Source: the human T2T-CHM13v2.0 reference genome, Homo sapiens. From it: 64,000 nt of DNA. The DNA lies in NCBI RefSeq assembly GCF_009914755.1, contig NC_060935.1. The stretch is one strand, 5' to 3'. Below, piece after piece: positions 18,463 through 33,591 of this stretch. Under the pieces are notes generated by a model. It did no database searches. It was not told the DNA's origin and saw only the letters and a program-made list of their open reading frames with translations. The position numbers and the translations under genes were made by a program. Position 1 is the first letter of the stretch, and every line of letters starts with the position of its first letter.

Positions 18463-18794
18463 TGTTGTAAGACTTTTCCTTAATTGAGTGAAAGATGGGG
18501 TCCTTGTCCATCCCACAGCCACAAAAATTTAGGCTCGTAGATGATTTGAAGGGTGAGTGAAGCAGGGTTTTACTGGGTTAAAAGGAAGAAAAGGGGGAAA
18601 CAGGGACTCTCACTAGGCCAGAGTCCCTCCACTAGAGTGCTTCCTGCCCGGGTGATTGAATCCCAGGTTCCACACAGGAAGAGGAGGCACCAGGCTCCTC
18701 CCTGCTGCAAAGGTCATGAACTTCCTGAGGCTCCACCTCAGTGGGCAGGCTGGTTGGAGTTTCTCCAGGGACTCCCTCCCACCTGGCTGTCTCA
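18463..18794 (-). mobile_element. ERV1 solo LTR (MER61-like)
   Basis: TG...CA ends and 4-bp TSD ctat (18459-18462 / 18795-18798). Minus strand begins tgagacagccaggtgggaggg. Confidence 0.75.
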
Positions 18795-19431
18795 CTATCA
18801 GCATTTTGGTCACAATCATTTAACCAGTCTCTAAGAAGTTCTGGACTTCCCTTGGTCTTCCTCTCTTTTTCTGAGCCCTCCAAACTCTTCCAACCTCTGC
18901 CTGTTACCCATTTCCAAAGCTGCTTCCATGTTTTCAGGTATCTTTATAGCAAGGCCTCACTCCTCAGTAACAATTTTCTGTATTAGGCCATTCTTGCATT
19001 GCTATAAAGAAATACCTGAGACTGGGTCACTTATAAAGAAAAGAGGTTTCATTGGCTCATAGTTCTGCAGGTTTTACAGAAAGGATGGTGCTGGTATCTG
19101 CTTGGCTCTGTTGAACTGTTGAGGAGCATTCAATCACGGTGGAAGGTGAAAGGGGAACAGGCAGGTCACATGGTGAAAGCAGGAACAAGTGAGAGTGTAG
19201 GGGGAGGTCCACTTTTAAATGGCCAGATCTTGGCAAGAACTCACTATTGCAAAGACACCACCAAGCCGTGAGGGATCCACCCCCATGACCAAAACCCCTC
19301 CCACCAGGCCCCACTTACAGCATTGGGGATTACAATTCAACATGAGATTTGGGCAGGGACAAATATCCAAACTACATTAGCTGGATATGAAATTCTTGGT
19401 TGGAATTTCTTTTCTTTAAGAATGCTGAATA

Positions 19432-19912
<481 letters not shown>

Positions 19913-22524
19913 TCATCTTATACAGTACCTCACAGGGGTTCTCTGCATTTCCTGAATTTGACTGTTGGCCTCTGTAGCGAGGTTGGAAAGATTTTCAAGA
20001 ATGATATCTTCAGATATGTTTTCCAAGTTGTTTGCTTTTTCTCCCTCTCTTTCAGGGATGCCAATGAGTCATAGATTTGGTCTCTTTACATAATACCATC
20101 TTTCTCAGAGATTTTGTTCATTCTTTTTTATTTCTTCACTTTTGTCTGACTGAGTTACATTGGAGGACTGGCCTTCAAGCTCTGAGATTCTTTCCTCAGC
20201 TTGGTTTATTCTGCTATCAATATTTGTAATTATGAAATTCTTGAAGTAAGGTTTTCAGCTCAATCATATCAGTTTGATTCTTTCTTCAAATGGCCATTTC
20301 ATCTTTCAGTTCCTGTGTTGTTTTATTATATTCCTTAGATTCCTTGGATTGGGTTCTGACTTTCTCCTGAATCTCAATGATCTTCATTCCTATCCATGTT
20401 CTGAATTCTGTATCTGTCATTTCAGCCTAATTAAGAACCATTCCTGGGGAAGTAGTGCCATTATTTGGAGGTAAGAGGACATTTTGGCTTTTTGACTTGC
20501 CAGAGTTCTTGCACTGGTTCTTTCTCGTTTATGTGGGCTGATATTCCTTCAATCTTTGAAGTTGCTGTCCTTTGGATAGAATTTTTTGTTTTTATCTTCT
20601 TTGATCCCCTTGGGGGTTTGATTGTGGTATAAAGTGGGTTTAGTTGACTGGCTTCATTTCTGAAAGATTTTCGGAGGCCCAGTCTCAGCTCAGTAGTCCT
20701 GGGAAGCATGCTCTGGGAGGCTGGTACTGGGCTCTTGGCTTTATTCTCTGGCCTCTTGAGGTTAGGAACCTGCTGTACTGAAGGGGCCACAGTGCTCCTG
20801 ATCCACTGGCCACAACACTCCAATGAGTGGTGCCAGCTAAAGAACTTTGTTGGGGCAGTGGCAGCGGGATCCATGCTCCCCTGCATGTGCCAGTAACTGT
20901 GGCAGTGTGGTGGGGGTACACGTGCATTGTCTGAGGCAGGGCATTAGCTGGAGCAGGGTGGCAGTGTTCCTGCATGTGCTTACACCAGTAGTGGGTGCAG
21001 CATGGTGGGGATGGGACACTGGTAGGGGTGGGATTGCTGGTGTCTGTGTGTGCATTTGTGCCAGCAGTGGTGGTACAGCAGGGTGCCCATGTGTTAGTGG
21101 AGGGAGGGGTGGTAGGGTGCACTAGTGTTGGCAGTGGTGACATGGTGGGGTGCATGCGCACATTCACTGACAGTGGAGTGGGGTGAGGTCCACCTATGCA
21201 TGCCTGCTGGCAAAGTGGTGGAGCAGGGGCTGTAGACAAATGTGTGCTGGCAAAGTGGCAGGGGGAGTCAATGGTGGAGGGAGACTGTGTGTGGACTGAT
21301 GTGCATTGGCAGGGGCCCATCTGCTGGAGCTCTCCAACAGCGAGGTGTGGTCTGACAATGAAGAAGTTATGATGAGGTTCCCTGGATATAGCAGTTGGGC
21401 ATCCAAAGTTGTGCTGCAAGTGAGAATGGGCAGGCTGGGTCCCCAGGCGACGCCAGCAGACAGAGGGGTGCTCAGATAAAATTGGCCCTGTCCCACAGGC
21501 AAGACTGCCCTGCTCTGTCCAGTTCTGACAGTCACCCTAAGGCTAAAGTCTCCTGAAGGAGCATGGTGAGCCTTGGGGGATGAGAATCCCTGGCCATGCT
21601 CCACTGCAAATGTTCCCACATCAAACACTGTTGGCTCCACACAGGCTGGAGTCCTGCCCTAACTGCCTCTCTAAGTAGCTCTTGCTGCCAGCTTAAGTGT
21701 CCATGGGGGTCATGGGGTCTCCTGCTGCTAGGATTCTGGAGGTCTGTGGCAAGAATGGGCCACTCCTCAACTGTTCAATTCATCTCTTCTCCAGGAGTCA
21801 CTCAGGAATGAGTCCCAGTGCACAACAGCCCCATACAGGGTTCCCAGCATCATCCCCCTTCAGCTCAGTGTCTGAGTCCTACTTCCATCCATTCTCAAAG
21901 CCTTCCCTCTGAAGATCTGCTTGGAGTGTGCCATTCTTCCTGATGTCCCAGTCTCTTGGTTGGGAGATCTTCTCCTGGCTGTGTTTAGTCAGCCATCTTG
22001 GCTCCAAACTCTCCATTGTTTCTGATGAGAAATCAGCTGCTTATCTTAATCTGGTTCACTCATATGTGATGAGTCATTTTGCTCTTGTTGCTTTCAAGAC
22101 ATTCTTTTTGCCTTTCAATAGTTTGACTATGGTATTTTTAGTTGACAGTCTCTTTGTGTTTATCCTACTTAGAATTCTCTGACCTTATTGGATGTGTAGA
22201 TTAATGTTTTTCATCAAATTTGGACTTTTTTTTAGTATTGATTTCTTCAAATATTTTTTCTGATCTTTTCTCTCTCTTTCTCCTTCTGGGACTCCTATTA
22301 TACATTTGTTGGTATGTTTTATGTGTCCATAAAACATACAAGTCTTTGAGGCAATGTTCATTTTTCTTCATTGTTTTTCCTTTCTGTTCTTCCATTTGGA
22401 TGATCTCTATAGACCTGTTTTTAAGTTCACTTACCTTTTCTTCTGCTAGCACAAATATACTGTTCAATCCCTCTAGAGAAATTTTTATTTCAGCTATTAT
22501 ATTTTTCACCTCCAGAATTTCTAG

Positions 22525-22840
<316 letters not shown>

Positions 22841-23013
22841 TCTAGTTGGTTTTTTAAAATAACTTTATCTTTTTGTTGAATTCTATAACTGAGACGTTGT
22901 TCTCATGCTTTACTTCTTTAAACAAGGTTTCTTTAGTTCTTTAAACATATTTATAGCAGTTGCTTTCAAATTTTTGTCTGCTAAGTTCAACATCTGTATG
23001 CTCTCACAGATAG

Positions 23014-23381
<368 letters not shown>

Positions 23382-24230
23382 ATGATTTTTTTTTGAAATT
23401 GAACATTCCTGTAATATATTTTAGCAACTATGGGTTTTGATACCTCTTCCTTGGGGTTGTTGTTGCTGTGTTTTGTTTGTTTGCCTGGACTAATTCTGTG
23501 GAACCTGTTCTCCCTGTAGTGTGCAGCCTCTGATGTTTTGGTTCAGTTCCCCCAACCCTTCTTTTATTTTTAGGTCTGGCTTCCTATGGGTTGCCCCAGG
23601 TTGGCATAGCTTAGTGGTCAGCCAATGATTAGTCAGTGGTTATGCTTAAACACTGAGCCGGTAAGACTTCCACACTTAGCAGTTGAATCTGTGTGTGGCT
23701 TAGGGAATAATTTCACAATTCAGCGACTTTACAAGTTGCTTTATATTCATCCAGAGACAAGTGTCTTGCAAGGATTTTTTCTAATCTTTCCTAAGCTACT
23801 CCAGCCTTGTACGTGGGCACAGCTTTCTGAATTGCTGGTGACAAATATGATTTTAACATGGTCCTCTTTAGCTATCGCCTTACTTAAGTATCTCTTAAAT
23901 TTCTGGGTGGCCCGATTTTTTGTTTGCCTCAATTATGATTTTAGCTTTCCCTGATTGTTTGCCACTGAAAGCTCCATTGTTTTTGACAATGTCACTGGGC
24001 ATGGATTTCCCCATACTCTACTCCAAATTAACTCACCCCCTTCAGACATTGAAGCAGACCTGCCAGTCCTCATGGGCTGCCCCTCCCACCTGGGATAGAA
24101 TTTCTGTGCATGGAGATAAAGTGCAGGGAGTGGAAGTGACTCCCAGCTAAAATGTCACAGACTACCACTTTCTCTATTTTTACCAATATTCAGATAATTT
24201 CTAAAAATAATTTATTCTCAATTTATTGTA

Positions 24231-24566
24231 CAGTTAGTCCTCCATTATCTGTAGTTTTGCTCTCTTCAGTTTCAGTTACCCCTGGTCAACCAGGGCTCAA
24301 AAATCGGTGAGTATCATACAATTATATATTTTGGGAGAAAAAGAGACCATAGTCACATAACTTTAATTACAATATATTGTTATAATTATCCTATTTTTAT
24401 TAGTGTTGTTCATCTCTTACTGTGCCTAATTTATAAGTTAAACTTTATCATAAGTATGTATGTACAGGGAAAAAAACAGTATATATAGGGTTCAGTACTA
24501 TCCATGGTTTCAGGCATCCACTTGGGGTCTTAGAATGTATCCTCCATGGATAAGTAGGGACTACTG
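24231..24566 (+). mobile_element. MER44A (Tigger-derived MITE)
   Basis: Terminal inverted repeats cagttagtcc...ggactactg flanked by TA. Internal sequence matches recalled MER44A. Confidence 0.85.
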
Positions 24567-24705
24567 TATGCAGACACACATGCACACACATTATATGGAT
24601 TGCTTTATCCATCTTTATATGGCTTTTTTCTCTGTTTATGGCATTTTACTTTACAGAGTTTCATATTTTAAATAATCAAATAGTTGAATTTTCAATTATG
24701 GCCTT

Positions 24706-25520
24706 GTCAAAACAAAGCTGAGTTTAATGCTAATGGAGGTAAGAGAGAACGCTATCTCAATAGGGTCTCAATAACATCTCAGAGGAGGAAGGGCAAAGTT
24801 AGGGTGTTGAGACTTTCTGAGGTCTCGAAGTCTGATCTAAGACAGGGACTTGGTTAGTATTGAATACGAATCCTAATAAAATGGAAGTAGATTGGTGAAC
24901 ACAGCAAACTGAGAGTTTTGAGGCAAAGTGTTCACAGAGTCTTGGGGTATAAACTGTCATTTGATGCTTTTTTTTGAGAGCAGATGGGCCACTCAGGAAG
25001 TTCCTCAAATTGATAATACTGTATCTGTGTTTAAAACTTTTATCTTCTTGGACAAGAGTTTCCTGGAATCATACAGTTATGCTGATAAAGAGGGGAATTG
25101 TGAAGTCAATTAACGTAGACAGTAAGCTGTGTGAACATAGATGATTTTGGTTCTTAGTGTCCCCTCTTGTGGTCATTCTTCAACCTTTGCTGATTGGCAG
25201 ACCATTAATATGTGGGACTGGGATCAATAAAGATTTTCACTACTCTTTGAGGTGTCTGAATTACATGCCCAATTTCCAGGAGTGGTGGTTTTGACCTCTG
25301 TTAAGTATCAGTGTTCCCTGTTCTTTTTGCTGGGTGATCATTCCTTAGATCACTTGATGAGACAGCACAGCAAAGCAGCATTTGAGTCTGGAGATCACAC
25401 ATCTGAACACTGCAACATATAATCAGTTTGGTTATATGCTTCAGTCAATTCATGAGCAAATTGTAGGTGGATGTTGGTTTCATACTAAAGAGTGACTAAG
25501 GACGTGAAAATTATCCCCAA
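24706..25520 (-). mobile_element. ERV1-like LTR with adjacent polypurine tract and internal fragment
   Basis: tg start at about 24706. Plus-strand gtgtcccctcttg (~25157-25170) reads as a polypurine tract on the minus strand. Family not identified. Confidence 0.35.
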
Positions 25521-25529
25521 AAGCTCACC

Positions 25530-27390
25530 CCAGAAGTCCTACCCAAAGCAATTAGGCAAAAGAAAGATGTAAAAAACATCCAAATAGGAAGACAGGAGGT
25601 CAAACTATCTCTCTTAGTGGATGATATGATTCTATACCTAGAAAACCCCATAGTCTCTGCCCAAAGGCTTCAAGGCCTGATAAACAACATCAGCAAAGTT
25701 TCAGGATACAAAACCAATGTACAAAAATCTGTAGCATTTATATACACTAATAACATCCAAGCTGAGAGCCAAATCAAGAACACAATCCCACTCACAATAG
25801 CCATAAAAAGAATAAAATACCGTCAAACTGGCCATACTACCCAAAGCAATTTACAAATGCAGTGGTATTCCTATCAAACTACCAATGATATTATTTACAG
25901 AATTAGAAAAAAGTATTCTAAAATTCATATGGAACCAAAAAAGAGCCCGAATAGCCAAAGGAATTCTAAGCAAAAGAATAAAGCTGGAGGCACCACATTA
26001 CCTGACTTGAAACTATACTACAAAGCTACAGTAACCAAAACAGCATGTTACTGGTACAAAAACAGACACATAGACCAATGGAACAGCATAAAGAACCCAG
26101 AAATAAAGCTGCACACCTAAAACCATCTGATCTTCAACAAAGTCAACAATAATATGCAATGGGGAAAGGATTCCCTATTCAATAAATGCTGCTGGGATAA
26201 CTGGCTAGCCACAAACAGAAGGTTGAAACTGGACCCCTTCCTTTCATGATATACAAATATCAACTCAAGATGGATTAAAGAATTAAATGTAAGACCTCAA
26301 ACTCTAAGAATCCCAGAAGAAAACTTAGGAAATATCGTTCTGGACATTGGGTTTGGCAAAGATTTCATGACAAAGTCTCCAAAAGCAACAAAAACAAAAA
26401 TTGACAAGTGGGACCTAATTAAACTAAAGAGCTTCTGCACAGCAAAAGAAACTATCAACAGAGTAAACAGACAACCTAAAGAATGGGCTAAAATATTTAC
26501 AAACTATGCATCTGACAAAGATCTAATATTCAGAATCTATAAGAACTTAAATCAACAAGCAAAAAACAAACAACCCCATGGGAAAAAAATGGGTAAAGGA
26601 CACGAACAGACACTTCTCAAAAGAAGATATACACACAACCAACAAGCATATGAAAAATTGTTCAATGTCACTAATCATTAGAGAAATGCAGCCACAATGA
26701 GATACCATCTTGCACCAGTCAGAATGGCTATTATTTTTTTAAAAATGTTGGCAAGGTGTGAAGAAAAGGGAATGCTTATACACTGCTGGTGCGCATTTAA
26801 ATTAGTTCAGTCACTGGAGAATGCAGTTTGGAGATTTCTCAAAGAACCTAAAACAGAACTACCATTTGACCCAGCAATATAATAACTGGCTATACACCCA
26901 AAGGAATGTAAATTGTTTTACCAAACACATATATTCACTCTCCTGTTTACCATAGCACTATTCACAATAGCAAAGACATAGAATTAACATAGATGCCCAT
27001 CAACAATGGAATGGATAAAAAAATGCAGTATAGATACACCATGGAATATTACACGGCCATTAAAAAAGAATGAGATCATGCCTTATGCAGCAACATGAAT
27101 GGAGCTGGAAGAATTATCCTAAGTGAATTAACACAGGAACAGAAAATCAAATATTGCATGTTCTCACTTATAAGTGGGAGCTAAGCACCAAGTACACATG
27201 GACACAAAGATGGGAACAATAGACACTGGGGCCTACTTGAGGGGAAGAGTGGGAGGAGGATAAAGCTCAGAAAACTACCTATTGGATACATCATCATTTG
27301 TACACCAAACCCCAGTGACACACAATCTACTTATGTAACAAACCTGCACATGGACCCCCTGAACCTAAAATAAAAGTTGACAGAAAAAAA
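25530..27390 (+). mobile_element. 5'-truncated L1 (L1PA13-16-like) with 3'UTR and A-tail
   Basis: [10 protein letters not shown] reverse-transcriptase motif (25617), [41 protein letters not shown]. 3' end cctgaacctaaaataaaagtt. TSD-like aaaagctca on both sides. About 140-bp internal deletion at ~25820. Confidence 0.92.
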
Positions 27391-27529
27391 GCTCATCTGT
27401 CCTTCCTTTGCCTTGCCCTAATTCTCTCAAATTCTAACACCCTCAAATGGCTCAGGTAATCGGTTAAAACCAAGTGTATGGGGAAAGGATCTACAGCAAT
27501 CTCTGCTTTTTTCAGGACCTACCTCTAAG

Positions 27530-27536
27530 CCACAAG

Positions 27537-27586
<50 letters not shown>

Positions 27587-27748
27587 CAATTCCATGGAAA
27601 GAAAACATAAAAGGGCGAGAGCATTTTGTTCTCAGACACTATTGTCAGAGAGGGACAGGGACCAAATCAAGGATCTGCAGGAGACCAGATATTGACAAGT
27701 CTGAACTCGGCCCTCTGAAGAGCGGAAGAAGGGTCTCTGAAGGTGAGG
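27530..27748 (+). promoter_or_regulatory. candidate ART2 promoter and non-coding first exon
   Basis: (CA)23, TGGAAA (NFAT-like), TATA-like CATAAAAG at 27606-27613, CGGAAG (ETS-like), and a donor ctgaag|GTGAGG at 27743. It lies 2.7 kb upstream of the signal exon, whose acceptor implies an upstream exon. Confidence 0.35.
27538..27583. repeat. (CA)23 microsatellite
   Basis: Perfect dinucleotide run. Confidence 0.98.
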
Positions 27749-28093
27749 AAATTAGGAATGTCCCCTGAGGAGACATTGGTATTAGGATGGGGCTGGGAGA
27801 CGATCTGAGGGTTGGGGTGACTGAGGTAGGGGGCTTATATGTCAAGAGGCAAAGTCTAGTTCTGTGCAAGAAATATTCCATGTAGAGAGGTGGGGTCAGA
27901 TCTGGAAAAAGGAAAACAGCTAAAAGGACAGGAATCTCTGTTGGTAACAAGTTTCCCAGTTGAGTTCTTATGCACTCAAACCTTGAGAACCACTGTGAGT
28001 AGAGGATAAGGAGCTGCTAAGTGATTTTAAAGTAGATAGGATGTAAAAGCAAAGTATTTTCTCATTAGCGGTGTCTTAACTCGGGGCCAGTCA

Positions 28094-28452
<359 letters not shown>

Positions 28453-29250
28453 AGTCCTTAAACAAGGGTATATTAAATAGAAGCTTTTACAATTTTGCCT
28501 GAAGATCAAAGATTAGAATTTACTCCATATATAGAGACATTGGATAAATACAAATATTCATTACCCTAATGCTATACAATTTAAAAATTCTAAGAATCAA
28601 TTAAGAATGTTAGAATAATATAATCAAAGTATAAGATGACTAAACAATTAAATTAAAAAGTAGTTATTTGAGGTATGTGTCAGACAGCAAAACTTTAAGT
28701 GGTGCTCAGATATTTTAGGTGGAAATTTTCTCATAGAGTCATATAATTTTCAAACACAGAAGACCAGTTTTTATCATTATAGCACATTTCAATTTGCAAA
28801 AAATTTCATTTGAACAGCCATGTTTATATTAATTTTGTATAGTGCTTTAGTTGTTCAATATTAGTGAAGAAATCTAAATTTTCACATAAAATCAAAATAT
28901 GCCATGCTTAAAATTCCCAATCTTGCATTCTATAAAAAAAGCACTTATTATACAGAGAAAAATATAAAATTACTTCTTTTAGAATTAAGGAGAAATTTTA
29001 AATTTTTAGTTATAATTTCATTTAAGTCATTTTTTGAGGTTTAACAGTATTTAATACAAAGGCTCCCAAATTCAGAATACAAATTTTAGAAGAAAAACAT
29101 CCATAGAATTATTACTATTATTTAATAAAAGAAAGCAGGATGTGGTTGGTTCAGACTTGGCCCCCATATTTTTGATTGCCCTAGAATCATGCTGACTCTG
29201 TGACAGGATTAAATTTGATTAAAAAAAATTATTTCAAGGGTACCATTCTT

Positions 29251-29541
29251 GGCTGGGTGCAGCGGCTCATGCCTGTAATCCCAGCACTTTGGGAGGCCAA
29301 GAGGGTGGGGATCAACTGAGGTCAGGAGTTTGAGACCAGCCTGGCCAACATGGCGAAACCCCGTCTCTGCTAAAAATACAAAAATTAGCTGGGTGTGGTG
29401 GCACACACCTGTAATCCCAGCTACTTGGGAGGCTGAGGCAGGAGAATCACTTGAACCCAGGAGGCAGAGGCTTCAGTGAGCCGAGATTGCGCCACTGCAC
29501 TCTAGCCTGGGGAACAAAGCGAGACTCCATCTCAAAAAAAA
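29251..29541 (+). mobile_element. AluSx
   Basis: Full dimer. Confidence 0.93.
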
Positions 29542-30411
29542 TTACCATTTTTTAGAACTTGAAACATAATTTTTATTCAATGCAATATATTCCTATCAAT
29601 TATGGCTCCCCAAGTGCTTTTTGTCTGAAAGAAATTCTTTACCTACCATATTCATAGAATTTTCACAATTAGACATCAATTTCAGTATATTCTTAATGCT
29701 TCCGGCTAGACTAGGATTCTTTGTCATCCCCGACTTTCTGCAGTGTAGGGAACTGGGAAAGCTGCAAACACTCAAATTGTTGTTGTGGGCTGGTTGGGGT
29801 TCTTGACTTTGCCATACAAAAGAATTTGAGAGCAAGTCCGTAGTAAGAGTAGGCAAAGAAGTTTATTGCAAAGTGAAAGTACACTCTGAGAGGCAAAGGA
29901 GGCTGCTTAAAACTAGAGACAGCAACTAGTGCCTGAGGAGCGATTCCTTTTGTACTGACAACTTTGAGAGATATTCAGAAGTATTGACTTAAATTTGAGC
30001 CCCATGTTAACACAACTTTGAGAAGAATTTTTTTAAAAGCATTTGTGAAAGGACTTGCAATATTTCTCTATGGGAAAGTAAAATGTTAGGGGTTAGGAAG
30101 TATCTGCCAAAACGTAGTCTGTTTCTCTCACTGGCAGTCTGCATGACACGTGGCTCTGCCTATTACCAGGATGGATTGTTTTAATACCAGTGCCCTACCC
30201 GGAGCCAGATGTCAGAGTCACCTCATCCCTGGTGCAGGACCCAGGCAAAGCTCTTTACAAGGACTCCTGGTTAACTGTTCAGGAAGCAGTGTACATAGGA
30301 GCCTAGACTTCCAGATTTGAAGTAGGGATTCATTAACACAGAACGGATGCATCAGCACACTCACAATGAAACTTATGTTCACACTTCACATTGTCTTATG
30401 TTTATTTGCAG

Positions 30412-30492
30412 TTATTTTTGAACTTGAAGATGGCATATCTTCCAGCCATAGCAGTTCACTTCTTCATGTTAATTTGGTGGCTAACACAACAG
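30412..30492 (+). pseudogene. ART2BP: ART2/RT6 pseudogene, signal-peptide exon (splice donor mutated)
   Basis: Acceptor tttatttgcag ends at 30411. ATG at 30430 reads MAYLPAIAVHFFMLIWWLTQQ, matching the rodent ART2 leader ending ...FFLTWWL(T/I)QQ. It is followed by ATAATA where a GT donor is expected. The phase-0 join fits the next exon (VTSLG...). Confidence 0.85.
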
Positions 30493-30640
30493 ATAATATC
30501 TACCACCCACTCCCAACCTACATCCTGCTAATCTTGCTTTTCTCACATCTTGGAGACAATAGAGTTTGCAGAGTTGAGTCTGTGGCTAGAGCTGGTCAGA
30601 GAGCATGAATCTGAAAGATATTTCTAAAATAGCACCAGTA

Positions 30641-30920
<280 letters not shown>

Positions 30921-31027
30921 TCACAAAGCTTAGCTTTTCTCTTTATACTACTAATAGTGTCATAAGATGGTTCATACATGTGCCATACATGAGTCCTATG
31001 AGGGGAACCTGTGAAATTTCATACTGA

Positions 31028-32166
<1,139 letters not shown>

Positions 32167-32358
32167 GTGAGTCTGGGTCTGCATTGGAGGTGCGAGTGGT
32201 GGGGCCATCATGGAATGGAGGAGGGGATGCCCTCCTATCAGATGCAGCCAGGGCACAGAACCCTGGGCCTCCAATCAACTGCTGAAATGTATTAGGTTCC
32301 TGAAAGGACTGGGCTAATGTCCCAGAATAGAGAGCAGAGCCCAGGCACAGAGACACAG

Positions 32359-33591
32359 TGAAATGGGAAAGGTTCTTTTGTCCCCCTAACAGGGCATGTG
32401 ACAGGGGAAATTGCTTGCTTCTTCAGTACTCCACTGCTCAAACCTCTAGGGGAGCATATAGATGGGCAGGTGGTGGGGCTCTGACCCCACAGCAGTGTCT
32501 AGGGGTGAATGTTTACAGCTCCTGAAGCCCCAGTGGGCCTGTGTTACAGGGTGTTCTTTTAGTTTTGCTCTTTTAGTTTAGCTGTCCATAGGCAGATTGT
32601 GTTAACCAGCTCAATTAGACTCTCTACCTTGTCACAAGGTCAGAGGTCTTTCTGTATCCTGGGTTCTTGCCTTGGTGTACCTGAAGAATCGGATCACACC
32701 TGGGTTTGGAGAATGAGTGCAAGATTTTACTGAGTGGAAGTACCTCTCTGCCCATCAGGGAGCCAGAAGGGAGGTGGTTTTCCCTTGGACCTGGGCTGCT
32801 GGGAGGCCTGGGCTCCCCTCCAACTGCCCTGGCCAAACTCCCCGTTGTCCTGCCAGTCAGTGGCCTGCCATCGTGCTGGTGCCTGTCAGTGCTTTCCTCA
32901 CAACATCCAGCTGCTGTGTGCTGGTGTGTTCCTCCGCTGATGTGCTCCTCTCCACGTCCAGCTGCCTCTGTGTCTTCTTCCACCCATGTGTTCCTCACGA
33001 TGTCCAGCCACAGCCACTTGTGTGTCTGCCTGCTAGGGTCTGGGGGGCAGGGGATTTTTTTTTTGTTTTTTGTTTTCTTTGAGGCAGAGTCTCACTCTGT
33101 CACCCAGGCTGGAGGGCAGCGGTGCCATCTCGGCTCAACGCAGCCTCCTCCTCCTGGGTTTAGGCGATTCTCCTGCCTCAGCCTCCTGAATAGCTTGGAT
33201 TACAGGCGCAGGCCACCATGTCCAGCTAATTTTTGTATTTTTAGTAGAGATGGGGTTTCACTATGTTGGTCAGGCTGGTCTTGAACTCCTGACCTCGTGA
33301 TCCACTCACCTTGGCCTCCCAAAGTGCTGGGATTACAGGTGTGAGCCACTGTGCCCGGCCGAGAGTTGGTTTTATAGGCACAGGGTTGGGGGCATGGCAG
33401 GCCAGGGTGGTCTTGGGAAATGCAACATTTGGGCACGAAGGCAGGAGTGCCTGTCCTCACCTAGGTCCGTGGGGGTGGAACCCTAGCCAGGGACCACACC
33501 ATTCTCTACCCAGCACTTCCCTTCCTTCCTTCCATATCATTTAAAGGATTTAAAGGGACCATGCTCTTCCCTTCCCAGCACTTCCGTATCA
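32359..33591 (-). mobile_element. ERV1 solo LTR (LTR1-like) in the last ART2 intron, containing an Alu
   Basis: TG...CA ends and 4-bp TSD acag (32355-32358 / 33592-33595). Minus strand starts tgatacggaagtgctgggaaggg. Confidence 0.8.
33055..33360 (-). mobile_element. AluSg in the LTR1-like element
   Basis: gaactcctgacctcgtgatcc diagnostic. Confidence 0.9.

Noticed and set aside
20461-21912. 244-aa and neighbouring ORFs
   Set aside because: They lie in the stop-poor L1 5'UTR and start of ORF1. No recognisable protein.
25617-26882. L1 ORF2-like ORFs as an active reverse transcriptase
   Set aside because: Fragmented by frameshifts, stops and a deletion, and 5'-truncated.
30366-30608. 80-aa ORF with a hydrophobic N-terminus as the ART2 leader
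   Set aside because: Wrong frame. The ART2-like leader is the ATG-30430 frame ending WWLTQQ.
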